Both the position numbers and the translations under genes were made by a program. Positions 39,493-48,985 of a stretch of 64,000 nt of DNA are shown in pieces (positions within the stretch are counted from its first letter, which is position 1; each line of letters starts with the position of its first letter). The DNA comes from Spirochaetia bacterium (GTDB lineage: Bacteria > Spirochaetota > Spirochaetia > UBA9216). Location of the stretch: positions 2,752,001 to 2,816,000 of the forward strand of contig OY776510.1 in NCBI GenBank assembly GCA_963675665.1, in the 5' to 3' direction. The notes under the pieces were generated by a model. That model had not been told where the DNA came from. It saw nothing but the letters and a program-made list of their open reading frames with translations, and ran no database searches.

Positions 39493-40322
39493 AGCATTTA
39501 AATCTGAATTCAGGAATGGGAGAAAATCTCAATCTGGCCGGAAAAACTGCGGTTATTACCGGTGGAGCTGTTAATATCGGAAAGGCTGTAAGTACCCGGC
39601 TTTCAACGCTTGGAGTGAAGACGGTAATAGTCTACAACCACTCGGCAGCTGAAGCTGTTGAATTATCGAAAGAGATAAATTTTTCCGGCGGCACATCAGC
39701 TGCTTTTCAGGCCGATATAAGCGATGAGTTTCAGGTAGAAGCACTTTTTAAATCAATTTCACAGGATGATCGTTTCGGCAGGGTGGATATTCTGGTGAAC
39801 AATTCCGGAGTCTTCAGCCTGTCGGAACAGATTGATTTGCCGGCCTCAGAATGGCAGAGATTATTTAATATTAATGTAATGGGAACGTTTCTCTGTTCCC
39901 GTGAAGCCGCAAAGCTGATGAAAATGCAGCCGGTTCTTGAAGACGGGAACTGCAGGGGTTCTATAGTTAATATAGCGAGCATAAATGCCGTTCATCCGGG
40001 ATTCGGCAAAACGGTACATTATGATGCGACAAAAGGCGCAGTTCTGTCGTTTACAAAATCACTGGCTGCCGAACTCGGACCTGAAGGAATAAGGGTTAAT
40101 GCGGTTGCTCCCGGACTGGTGGATTCCGCAACTCTCAGGAAAGACTCTGCGCCGCTTGCAGAGATGGTGGAAACACGGAACCCTCTTGCATCTCCCGACG
40201 GAACCAGCAGGCTTGTTGAGACCGGCGATATTGCCGACACGGTAGTATTCCTGGTATCAAATCTTTCAACATCGATAACAGGCGAGATGATTACAGTTGA
40301 CCGGGGATATTTACTGACCTGA
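39489..40322 (+). CDS. SDR family oxidoreductase
   Basis: TGGAVNIG, LVNNSG, YDATK (YxxxK), RVNAVAPG. Confidence 0.92.
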   Translation: MKHLNLNSGMGENLNLAGKTAVITGGAVNIGKAVSTRLSTLGVKTVIVYNHSAAEAVELSKEINFSGGTSAAFQADISDEFQVEALFKSISQDDRFGRVDILVNNSGVFSLSEQIDLPASEWQRLFNINVMGTFLCSREAAKLMKMQPVLEDGNCRGSIVNIASINAVHPGFGKTVHYDATKGAVLSFTKSLAAELGPEGIRVNAVAPGLVDSATLRKDSAPLAEMVETRNPLASPDGTSRLVETGDIADTVVFLVSNLSTSITGEMITVDRGYLLT

Positions 40323-40327
40323 CATGG

Positions 40328-41383
40328 TCAGCTGTTCTGGGCGCGGTGTCTGAGAATATGGTCGACAATTACAATTGCCGCCATTGATTCGACGACCGGT
40401 ACGATTCTGGGCGTAAGACACGGATCATGCCTGCCTGTAGTGCTTATCTCGGTTTCTTCGCCGTTAATATCGACAGTCTGCTGAGGATGTTCGATTGAAG
40501 AGGTCGGTTTAACGGCTATTCTGAATAATATATCCTGCCCGGTGCTTATTCCTCCCAGAACTCCGCCTGCATTGTTTGTAATAAAACCGTTTCTGTCCAT
40601 CCAGTCATTGTGGAAGCTTCCCAGCATTTCTGCAGCCGCGAACCCTGAGCCGAACTCAATCCCCTTGACTCCGCCCAGTGAAAGAACTGCTTTTGCAAGG
40701 TCCGCATCAATTTTATCAAAAACAGGTTCTCCGAGGCCGGCCGGAACACCCTTGATTATGCATTCAATGATTCCGCCAGCGCTGTCGCCTTCCTCAGCCA
40801 GCTTTTCTATTTTTTCAGTCATCTTCCAGGCAGCCGACGCATCGGCGGCCCGCATGGGATTATTTTCAATGATATCAAGATCGATAGTCTCACAGCGGAT
40901 TCCGGCGGCTTCTAGCGTATACGCCTTTATATCTATCCCTTCCGCAGACAGGATTTTCTTCGCTACTGCTCCCGCAGCCACCCTTCCGGCAGTTTCCCGT
41001 CCTGAGGCCCTGCCGCTTCCGCGGTAATCTCTGATTCCGTATTTATGATGGTAGGTAAAGTCGGCATGTCCCGGACGATAAAAATCCTTGATATTGGTAT
41101 ATGCCGACGGATTTGCATCTTTATTGTATAGTATTACGGCAAGAGGAGTACCGGTTGTTTTTCCTTCAAAAACTCCCGAGACAATGGTAACCTTGTCGCT
41201 TTCTTTTCGCGGTGTTGTAACAGTTGACTGACCGGGTTTCCGCCTGTTCATTTCAATTTGAATTTCTTCATCCGAAATCTCAATTCCCGGAGGTGTTCCG
41301 TCGATTATCACTCCCACGGCTGTTCCGTGGGATTCTCCAAAAGTGGTGATCCTGAATGCATACCCGAAACTGTTACCAGGCAT
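40328..41383 (-). CDS. aroC: Chorismate synthase
   Basis: FGESHG, RPGHAD, RASGRET, GGISTG, GRHDPC. Confidence 0.97.
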   Translation of the reverse strand: MPGNSFGYAFRITTFGESHGTAVGVIIDGTPPGIEISDEEIQIEMNRRKPGQSTVTTPRKESDKVTIVSGVFEGKTTGTPLAVILYNKDANPSAYTNIKDFYRPGHADFTYHHKYGIRDYRGSGRASGRETAGRVAAGAVAKKILSAEGIDIKAYTLEAAGIRCETIDLDIIENNPMRAADASAAWKMTEKIEKLAEEGDSAGGIIECIIKGVPAGLGEPVFDKIDADLAKAVLSLGGVKGIEFGSGFAAAEMLGSFHNDWMDRNGFITNNAGGVLGGISTGQDILFRIAVKPTSSIEHPQQTVDINGEETEISTTGRHDPCLTPRIVPVVESMAAIVIVDHILRHRAQNS

Positions 41384-41921
41384 AATCTGTTTCCTCCAGC
41401 TGTTTGATAATTTCGCTGCAAATTTCGGTAGCGGATCTCCGCTTTGAAATTATTTTCATATCAGATATTTTATCATAAATTGAGGTGCGCGTTTCAAATA
41501 AATGTTTAAACTCATCAAATGGATTATTACCGGACAAAAATGCCGGTATGCCTTTCTTTATAATACGGTTATAAAGAATTTCAGCTTCTTCATAAATGTA
41601 AATAATATAAAATGATTTACCCAGTATTTCGACAGCCTTTGGATTATCACATATTCCGCCGCCTGCAGCGCAGATTATTGATGATTCCGCAGCGGTTGAA
41701 ACGCATTCCTGTGAGGCCTTGTATTCATATTCCTGAAACAGCGATCTTCCTTTACGGTATATACCGCGCGAGTCTGACTTTTCGCCTGTTTCCTTGAAGT
41801 ATATATTTTCCAGTATAAGATCTATATCTGTAAATGGAAGTGAAAGTTCTTTAGACAGCATTTTCCCCAGAGTACTTTTACCACAGTGTTTCATGCCGGT
41901 TAATAACAGTGATTTTTTCAT
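41373..41921 (-). CDS. aroK: Shikimate kinase
   Basis: GMKHCGKST P-loop, DID, AGGG. Coupled to aroC. Confidence 0.88.
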   Translation of the reverse strand: MKKSLLLTGMKHCGKSTLGKMLSKELSLPFTDIDLILENIYFKETGEKSDSRGIYRKGRSLFQEYEYKASQECVSTAAESSIICAAGGGICDNPKAVEILGKSFYIIYIYEEAEILYNRIIKKGIPAFLSGNNPFDEFKHLFETRTSIYDKISDMKIISKRRSATEICSEIIKQLEETDYAW

Positions 41922-41936
41922 TGTTTCCCGAAGCTT

Positions 41937-43049
41937 TTAATGCACCTTTTTATGAAGATCGGGGTGGGGATATATGACGCCGACTCTCAGTTCTTTATGA
42001 TCAAGAAGATCATCAGGTCTGAGTTTGATATGCACGTTCTTTCGGGGATAAGTGCACGACTCGCGTTCGATAAACTCGGTGTCCATCATTATCCTTTCCT
42101 TCGGTACGTCCGGATTTTCAATATTTTTAATAAGCAGTTCAACAGCCTTTTCTCCGATTGCTTCAAGCGGTTGTTTCATTGTGGACAGCGGGGGATTCAG
42201 GTATCCTGAATAGATAATATCATTATAGCCGAAAATTGAAAGATCTCGCGGTATTTCAAGGTTGTTTATAAATGCGGAACGCATTACACCCAACGCCATA
42301 TGGTCGTTGGCGCAGAATATTGCTGTAGGGGGGTCTGCAAGACCGAAAAAATAATTAAAAGCGCGTTGCCCGCTTTCAGGCTGCCAGTTTCCGTAATAGA
42401 TCAGTCTCTTGTCAATTTCCATTTCATTCTCTTCAAGAGCTTCAAGGTACCCGTTGATTCTGTCGCGTCCGCAAATCAGGGTAGTACTTCCGGTTATCAT
42501 TCCTATCCGTTTATGTCCAAGTTTTACCAGATAGTTGATTATTCTTTTTGCGCCGTTATGGTTGTCGGCATCAATGTAGTTAATGTCGATTTCATCATCA
42601 CGGCCGTAAACAACAACTGAAGGAACTTTGTCTGTTATAAGCTTTTTAAGCAGCCATTGATCTACCGAGGGCGCAAGAACTATTACGCCGTCCACCTTTC
42701 TTTCCATGTACAACTGTGAATAGTATGCCTCGCTTTTCATCGAAGCGGGAAGTTTGAAAACAAGATGATAGCCTTTTTTGTCAATATTATGCTCAAGACT
42801 TGTGATCAGATCCAGAAAATAGGGTGCAACGGTCATAAACTCCGCATGGGGAATAATAATGCCTATACCGTCGGTTTTATTATTGTTAAGGGCCCGTGCC
42901 GCTGCATTGGGGTAGTATCCAAGTTGTTCAATTGCTTTAAGTACCCTCTGACGGGTTTCTTTTTTAACGTTTTCCTTGCCGTTGATAACCCTGGAAACAG
43001 TCATAAAGGACACGTTGGCAAGTTTCGCAACGTCTGATTGTGAAGGCAT
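41937..43049 (-). CDS. LacI family transcriptional regulator
   Basis: DVAKLANVSFMTVSRVIN HTH, YYPNAAAR, PTAIFCAND, PPLSTM. Confidence 0.95.
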   Translation of the reverse strand: MPSQSDVAKLANVSFMTVSRVINGKENVKKETRQRVLKAIEQLGYYPNAAARALNNNKTDGIGIIIPHAEFMTVAPYFLDLITSLEHNIDKKGYHLVFKLPASMKSEAYYSQLYMERKVDGVIVLAPSVDQWLLKKLITDKVPSVVVYGRDDEIDINYIDADNHNGAKRIINYLVKLGHKRIGMITGSTTLICGRDRINGYLEALEENEMEIDKRLIYYGNWQPESGQRAFNYFFGLADPPTAIFCANDHMALGVMRSAFINNLEIPRDLSIFGYNDIIYSGYLNPPLSTMKQPLEAIGEKAVELLIKNIENPDVPKERIMMDTEFIERESCTYPRKNVHIKLRPDDLLDHKELRVGVIYPHPDLHKKVH

Positions 43050-43116
43050 TTTTTCCTCTACTCCCTTTTCATTTTATGTAATTCTAATGTAGTATTATAT
43101 CCTAAAAGGAATAGAT

Positions 43117-44424
43117 ATGAAAGCAAATGAGTTTGATGTAACACAATTTTTAGACAGATATCATATTAGTTTGAATAATTACAATTTCAACAAAATCCTT
43201 GAAGAATACATAGATGAAATGCAGAAGGGGCTGGACGGTGAATCCTCAATCCCTATGCTTCCGACATATATTGAAGAGAAGGGTGAGATCCCTGCAGGAA
43301 AGCCGGTTCTTGTTCTTGATGCAGGAGGAACGAATTTCCGGGCTGCAATTGTCGAGTTTTCCGAAAGTAACAAGGCTGTAATAAGCAATTATCGAAAAAG
43401 AAAAATGCCGGGGCTTGAAAAGGAACTTGGTCGTGAAGAATTCTTTGATGCCATTGCGGATTTTGCTGCTGATCTTGCTGCTGATGTAGACCGGATAGGT
43501 TTCTGTTTTTCGTATCCGATGATAAAGACCTATGATAAAGACGGCAGGCTTATGAAATTCAGCAAGGAGATTAAGGCCCCGGAGGTAGAAGGCGAACTTA
43601 TCGGCGCCGGCGTTTTGGCAGCGCTGCGAAAGCGGAATATTAAAAATATTAAAAAAATAGTACTGCTGAATGATACGATTGCAACCCTGCTTGCGGGCAA
43701 GACTGCCGGAGATTCCGGTGTTTACGGAGCGTATATAGGATTAATTCTGGGAACAGGCGTGAATGCAAGTTATAATGAATCAAATTCCTGTATCGGCAAG
43801 GTGGACAATCTTCCCGGAAACGGGTATCAGCTGATAAATATGGAAGCCGGATCATGCGCTGTTTTCCCGTCCGGCAATATAGATGAGAAATTTCGCTCCG
43901 AAACTGCAAATCCCGAAGCATATAAATTTGAGAAAATGGTTTCTGGCGGTTATCTGGGGGCGTTGTGGATAACGGTTCTGAAAAGTGCGGCGGAAAACAG
44001 CGCTTTTTCCGAACAGTTCGGTGATGCGCTTAATGAGAATTATAAAGACGGTCAGGGTTATGATGCGTCCGTACTCAGCAAGTTTCTTGCTGAAGGGGTT
44101 TTGCCGGAGCCGCTGGCTGTCCCGGCGACGAAACCGGACACGGAGATTGTCCGGAAACTCAGCGAAGCAGTAGTAAGCAGAGCGGCATATCTTGCCGCAA
44201 TAATGCTTGCCGGGATAATCCGGAAATCCGCCGCCGCCTGCAGGTCGGACAAGCCTGTCTGCATTTGTGCAGACGGTTCCACCTTCTGGAAGCTGCATGG
44301 TCTTAAAGAGCAGATAGAAGAAAATTTACAGAAGTTTTCGGAACAATCGGGGCTGAAATATAAAATAACGGGAATAGATGATGCTCCGATAATAGGCGCC
44401 GCCGTGGCCGGGCTGACAAACTGA
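43117..44424 (+). CDS. Hexokinase (eukaryote-like Hexokinase_1/2 family)
   Basis: PMLPTY, LDAGGTNFR, GFCFSYP, LNDTIA, ILGTGVN, INME, FEKMVSGGYLG, ADGS. Confidence 0.92.
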   Translation: MKANEFDVTQFLDRYHISLNNYNFNKILEEYIDEMQKGLDGESSIPMLPTYIEEKGEIPAGKPVLVLDAGGTNFRAAIVEFSESNKAVISNYRKRKMPGLEKELGREEFFDAIADFAADLAADVDRIGFCFSYPMIKTYDKDGRLMKFSKEIKAPEVEGELIGAGVLAALRKRNIKNIKKIVLLNDTIATLLAGKTAGDSGVYGAYIGLILGTGVNASYNESNSCIGKVDNLPGNGYQLINMEAGSCAVFPSGNIDEKFRSETANPEAYKFEKMVSGGYLGALWITVLKSAAENSAFSEQFGDALNENYKDGQGYDASVLSKFLAEGVLPEPLAVPATKPDTEIVRKLSEAVVSRAAYLAAIMLAGIIRKSAAACRSDKPVCICADGSTFWKLHGLKEQIEENLQKFSEQSGLKYKITGIDDAPIIGAAVAGLTN

Positions 44425-44440
44425 TTTAAACGAGGCTGTT

Positions 44441-46528
44441 TTATTTAACCAACAGGGGAATAGGGGTGGCTATTTCATACCCCTGTGCAAAATCGATGCC
44501 GAATTCTTTCAGCATCTCAATTATTCTGGCATTACAGACGAACTCAGCTATAGTTTTCTTTCCCATGATATGGCCCATCGTGTTGATTGCCTCAACCATA
44601 GCCCTGTTTTCATCATCTTCGTGCATATTCTTGACGAACATGCCGTCTATTTTTAGATAATCGACAGGAAGGTTTTTCAGATAATTGAACGATGAAAAAC
44701 CGCTTCCGAAATCATCAAGCGCAAAGGTGCATCCTGTCTGTTTAAGATCATTTATAAATTCGTGTGCGGACGACATATTGCTGATTGTAGCGGTTTCCGT
44801 TATCTCAAAGCAGACTGCTTCAGGTGAAATCCCGGAGGTTCTGAATGAGTTTTTAATGAATTCAAGAATACTGTCGTCCGAAATTGACTGGGCTGAAAGG
44901 TTAACTGATATTTCACGAATATGGTTAAGTTTTCCCTTCGCTTTGTTTTCCTGATACAGACGGATGGAATTCGAAATTACCCATCGGTCAATCTGGGGCA
45001 TCATGTTATACCGCTCGGCTGCCGGAATAAAATCGGCGGGCATTACCAGATTGCCTTTCTCATCCTTCATTCTTATCAGAATTTCACCCTTGCTGTAGGA
45101 AGAGTCTGTTTCTTTCAAGGGTTTGATTTCCTGAATATAGAGTTCAAACTGGTTTGAATCAAGGGCTTTCGAGAGTTTGCTTACCCATTCCATCTCGCCG
45201 CGCCGCTGCTGAAACTGGTTGCCTTTTCTGTCATAAAGTTTAATCCGGTTCCCGCCTTCTTCCTTGGCAACAAGGCATGCGTCATCAGCCTCGGCAAGGG
45301 CCTCTGATACGCTCTCTGAAGAATCATCGAGAAAAGTAATACCGATACTTGCGTCAAACGGAAAGACCTTCCCGTCCCATTTGAGTTTTTTGTTATGGAA
45401 TTGGGAATGAAGGTCTTTAATTTTTTCGAGTGCTTCCTTCCTGTTTTCGGTTCGTATAATAAGTCCGAACTGATCTCCTCCGAGCCGGGCGCTGTGATTG
45501 GTGTCTGAAGAAAAAGCCTTGATGATTGATGCAATTTCCACAAGCATGGTATCGGCGGTTGTATGGCCGCAGGTATCGTTAATTATCTTGAATCTGTCTA
45601 TATCAATGTATGCCAGCGCGGAACACTCCTTGCCGGTTGAAGGTTTTTCCAGTATCTGCTCAAGCTGAACAGAAAAGATTTCCCGGTTGGAAAGACCGGT
45701 CAGTTTGTCGTGGCTGGTATGATATTCCACTGCTTCGGAAAGTTTACCGACTGTCGTCATATCCCTGATTGCCAGAACAAGTCCTTCAAAATTGCCGGTT
45801 TTATCTGTTATCGAAGCAAGGCTTCCTTCAACCTGCAGTTTTTCACCGAATCTGTTGGCAAGATAGCAATTTTTAAAGGTGAAAGGTCTTTTCCTGATGA
45901 GAGAGTCGTCTCCCTGGGGCAGTACAAGTTGTGCATGGTTCGGATCACGCATGTCTTCAAGGGTTATTATATCCGAAATGTGTTTTCCAAGAAGATCCTG
46001 CTGAACCCACCCGACGATTTTTTCAGCAATCGGATTCAGTAGAATAATCCTGTCATCGGTATCAGTTGCAATGATGCCGTCACCGATGGAATGCAGAATG
46101 GCTGTTGACCAGCGCTGCTGGCGTTTAAGTTCCTGATCAACCCGGTATTTATAAAGGGAGATATCAATTGTTGTATAAAGTTCTTTGTCTTTGAAAGGTT
46201 TCAGGATATAACCGGAGGGTTCGGCAATCTTGGCACGCTCAAGTGTCTTTTCATCCGAGTATGCAGTAAGAAAAATGACCGGTATGGCATATTCATTTTT
46301 TATTATGGTGGCAGTTTCTATGCCGTCGATATCGCCGACAAGCATGATGTCCATTAAAATAATGTCCGGAGAATGCTGTTTGACTAGTTCGAGGGCCTGT
46401 GCTCCTGCTGCCGCTATAGCAACGACGGTGTAACCGAATCTTTCAAGTCTTCGCTGGAGATCAATTGCTATAATACGCTCATCTTCTACGACTAAAATTT
46501 TCTCATTTTTCATACGTTGCCATTCCAA
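44441..46528 (-). CDS. REC-PAS-GGDEF-EAL signalling protein
   Basis: Receiver (VVED, LMD, FLT, KP), PAS, GGDQF, EIL...DDFGSG...KID...QGY. Confidence 0.93.
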   Translation of the reverse strand: MEWQRMKNEKILVVEDERIIAIDLQRRLERFGYTVVAIAAAGAQALELVKQHSPDIILMDIMLVGDIDGIETATIIKNEYAIPVIFLTAYSDEKTLERAKIAEPSGYILKPFKDKELYTTIDISLYKYRVDQELKRQQRWSTAILHSIGDGIIATDTDDRIILLNPIAEKIVGWVQQDLLGKHISDIITLEDMRDPNHAQLVLPQGDDSLIRKRPFTFKNCYLANRFGEKLQVEGSLASITDKTGNFEGLVLAIRDMTTVGKLSEAVEYHTSHDKLTGLSNREIFSVQLEQILEKPSTGKECSALAYIDIDRFKIINDTCGHTTADTMLVEIASIIKAFSSDTNHSARLGGDQFGLIIRTENRKEALEKIKDLHSQFHNKKLKWDGKVFPFDASIGITFLDDSSESVSEALAEADDACLVAKEEGGNRIKLYDRKGNQFQQRRGEMEWVSKLSKALDSNQFELYIQEIKPLKETDSSYSKGEILIRMKDEKGNLVMPADFIPAAERYNMMPQIDRWVISNSIRLYQENKAKGKLNHIREISVNLSAQSISDDSILEFIKNSFRTSGISPEAVCFEITETATISNMSSAHEFINDLKQTGCTFALDDFGSGFSSFNYLKNLPVDYLKIDGMFVKNMHEDDENRAMVEAINTMGHIMGKKTIAEFVCNARIIEMLKEFGIDFAQGYEIATPIPLLVK

Positions 46529-46582
46529 ACCTAATGATATAAACTTTAAGTTGAAAAAGCAACAAAGTTTTCAGGATTTTTT

Positions 46583-47719
46583 ATGAACGGTCTATTTTTC
46601 GAGAATAAGATTCCGAATTCGGATTTAACTGCAAGGAAAACGGCAAGAAGCCGTGACCTTCGCTCTTCATACTTTCGGGACACCACCGCAATCATTCACA
46701 GTTATCCTTTCAGGAGGCTGAAGCACAAAACGCAGGTTTTCTTCTCTCCTCATAATGATCATATCTGTACCCGTATTGAGCATGTGATGCATGTAGCTTC
46801 TATTGCCGCGACTATCTGCAGGGCGCTTGATCTGGATGCAGACCTTGCCTGGGCAATAGGGCTTGGACATGATCTGGGACATACGCCCTTCGGTCATGTC
46901 GGCGAAACAATCTTGTCTTCAATGATGAAAGAGCAGGGCGGGTTCAAGCATGAGATATATTCCCTCAGGGTTGTGGATTACCTGGCAAATTACGGCAAGG
47001 GTCTTAATCTGACCTATGCTGTGCGTGACGGCATTCTCAATCACTGCGGTGAGAAATTCGAGCAGTCTATTGTTCCCGACCCGGAATTGAAGAACCTGTC
47101 CGGGATAACCACAAGAGAATATTATCCGGCAACATGGGAAGGCGTTGTAGTACGTGTTTCCGACAAGATTGCCTATATGGGACGCGATCTTGAAGATGCG
47201 CTTCAGCTAAAAATTATCAGCCGTGACGAACTGCCAGAAAATATTATCAGGGTATTGGGCAGCAGTAACAGTGAAATTATAAATACAATGGTGAACGACC
47301 TTATAACGACATCACTTGAAACAGGACGTATAGGATTCTCCGATGATGTTTTCAGCATGATGATAGCCCTTAAGGACTTTAACTACAGCAGAATATACAA
47401 GAACCCTATGCTTTCGTCATACCATCGCTATTTTGAAAGGGTGCTGACAACACTCTATAATTATCTTGATGATCTTTTCAGGACCGGCGGAGATGATGTC
47501 TCCGTTTACATGTCTGAAAATAATTTTCTTGCCGCCAGGTTTTGTGATTATTACCAGAAGATGAAACATTTCTACAATGAAGTTGACGGCGGTTATGATA
47601 TGATGATTTATGATTATATTGCCGGTATGACCGACAAGTATGCACTCAGCTGTGTAAACGAGGTAATGATTCCCAGAAAATTTGAATATCAGTTTAACGA
47701 GATTTTTCTTGATAATTGA
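46583..47719 (+). CDS. Deoxyguanosinetriphosphate triphosphohydrolase-like HD protein
   Basis: FRRLKHKTQVF, TRIEH, GHDLGHTPFGH, DYIAGMTD. Confidence 0.9.
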   Translation: MNGLFFENKIPNSDLTARKTARSRDLRSSYFRDTTAIIHSYPFRRLKHKTQVFFSPHNDHICTRIEHVMHVASIAATICRALDLDADLAWAIGLGHDLGHTPFGHVGETILSSMMKEQGGFKHEIYSLRVVDYLANYGKGLNLTYAVRDGILNHCGEKFEQSIVPDPELKNLSGITTREYYPATWEGVVVRVSDKIAYMGRDLEDALQLKIISRDELPENIIRVLGSSNSEIINTMVNDLITTSLETGRIGFSDDVFSMMIALKDFNYSRIYKNPMLSSYHRYFERVLTTLYNYLDDLFRTGGDDVSVYMSENNFLAARFCDYYQKMKHFYNEVDGGYDMMIYDYIAGMTDKYALSCVNEVMIPRKFEYQFNEIFLDN

Positions 47720-47746
47720 GGCTCTTTAAAACTCGTTCAGTAGTTT

Positions 47747-48448
47747 CTAATTATTATACCTGAGTTCGCAGGAGATTCCCTGTTTCTCAAACAGGTCTTT
47801 CATCTCTTCAAGAAGAGCAGGCGGCGGCGCGGGAAGCTCTGAAAAAGCGGGATCATAGGTGATTCCGGGTCTGAAGCCCTGCAGAACGAATTTTTTCTCT
47901 CCTTCGATCATGCCGATTATTTCTTTTATCACATCAATATCCACAAATCCCGGAACTACGGTTGTTCTAAAGTGATGCGGAATTCCCGACTCCTTGATAA
48001 TACGTATCGATTCGGTAATTCTTCCGCCTATCTCTGAATTATCCCCTGTAAATCCCAGCCTGGAGTATTTATTAAGTGAAGTCTTTATATCCATTGCAAT
48101 ATAGTCTGCTTTCATTGTCCGCAGTTTTTCAGGCAGCGCGCCGTTTGTATCGAGCTTTACGGCCAGGCCCAGGCTGTGTATATCATGTATTCTGTCCGGC
48201 AGATCATCATGAAGAAGCGGTTCGCCCCCTGTGATGCATACCCCGCCGAGAAGGTGCGCCCGTTTCTGAAGGTAGTCCGTAATCCCGGTCCAGGTAAAAA
48301 GATCCGGAACTTTGGAATTTTCGATAAATTCGGGGTTGTGGCAGTACGGGCAGCGCATATTGCATCCCCGGGTGAAGATTGTTGAAGCAACCTTCCCGGG
48401 GAAATCAATCAGGGTAGTTTTATTCAGTCCGTAAAGCTTTTCAGCCAT
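47747..48448 (-). CDS. nrdG: Anaerobic ribonucleotide reductase activating enzyme (radical SAM)
   Basis: IDFPG, GCNMRCPYCHN, TGGEP, KLDTNG. In the nrd operon. Confidence 0.93.
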   Translation of the reverse strand: MAEKLYGLNKTTLIDFPGKVASTIFTRGCNMRCPYCHNPEFIENSKVPDLFTWTGITDYLQKRAHLLGGVCITGGEPLLHDDLPDRIHDIHSLGLAVKLDTNGALPEKLRTMKADYIAMDIKTSLNKYSRLGFTGDNSEIGGRITESIRIIKESGIPHHFRTTVVPGFVDIDVIKEIIGMIEGEKKFVLQGFRPGITYDPAFSELPAPPPALLEEMKDLFEKQGISCELRYNN

Positions 48449-48454
48449 TGGAAA

Positions 48455-48985
48455 TTAAACCGGAACTTTGGAAAAAAGCGCATCAAGCGCATCGATGTTT
48501 GTTGCCCTGTACATCTCACGGCCTTCGTTGTCAAGAAAGATGACGGTGGGAGAAACAAAAATCTGATATGAAGCTGCAAGCGCAAAGCCTTCCTTTTTAT
48601 CGACATTTACAGCTTCACCGTTTAGATGCGAGTTATCAAGCCAGTTTCTTACCGGAGGACAATTAGGGCATGTTGTCCGGTAAAAATAAATATATTCGGC
48701 CGGGTCGCTTGTGCTGTCCGAAAGGATGGCCCGTTTGGGTTCAGGGGTATCGTTAAAGGTTGCAGTACTTACCGCAGATTCTGCAACCTCTCTGAGCGAA
48801 ACTTTACCGGGCTGGGTGAACAGCTTTCTTTTATTGTACTCGTCTCTCTTGCCCTTGTTCCAGTTTTTTACCGCACGGTAATAACCTACTATTCTTGTGT
48901 AAACTTCGGTTTCAGTTCCCTTTACCGATGTCATTCGTTCCCTGAGCTCTTTGATTTCGTTATCGATTGTTTCAACAGTTCTCAT
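48455..48985 (-). CDS. Stand-alone NrdD glycyl-radical segment fused to a glutaredoxin/thioredoxin-like domain
   Basis: TEVYTRIVGYYRAVKNWNKGKRDEYNKRK is the NrdD C-terminal glycyl loop. C-terminal half has CPNC and SPTVIF (cis-Pro). Own GGGAG RBS and TAATG coupling. Confidence 0.88.
   Translation of the reverse strand: MRTVETIDNEIKELRERMTSVKGTETEVYTRIVGYYRAVKNWNKGKRDEYNKRKLFTQPGKVSLREVAESAVSTATFNDTPEPKRAILSDSTSDPAEYIYFYRTTCPNCPPVRNWLDNSHLNGEAVNVDKKEGFALAASYQIFVSPTVIFLDNEGREMYRATNIDALDALFSKVPV

Noticed and set aside
46583-47719. dGTPase as an anti-phage defence system
   Set aside because: It resembles the short housekeeping Dgt type, sits beside the nrd operon, and has no defence-island context.
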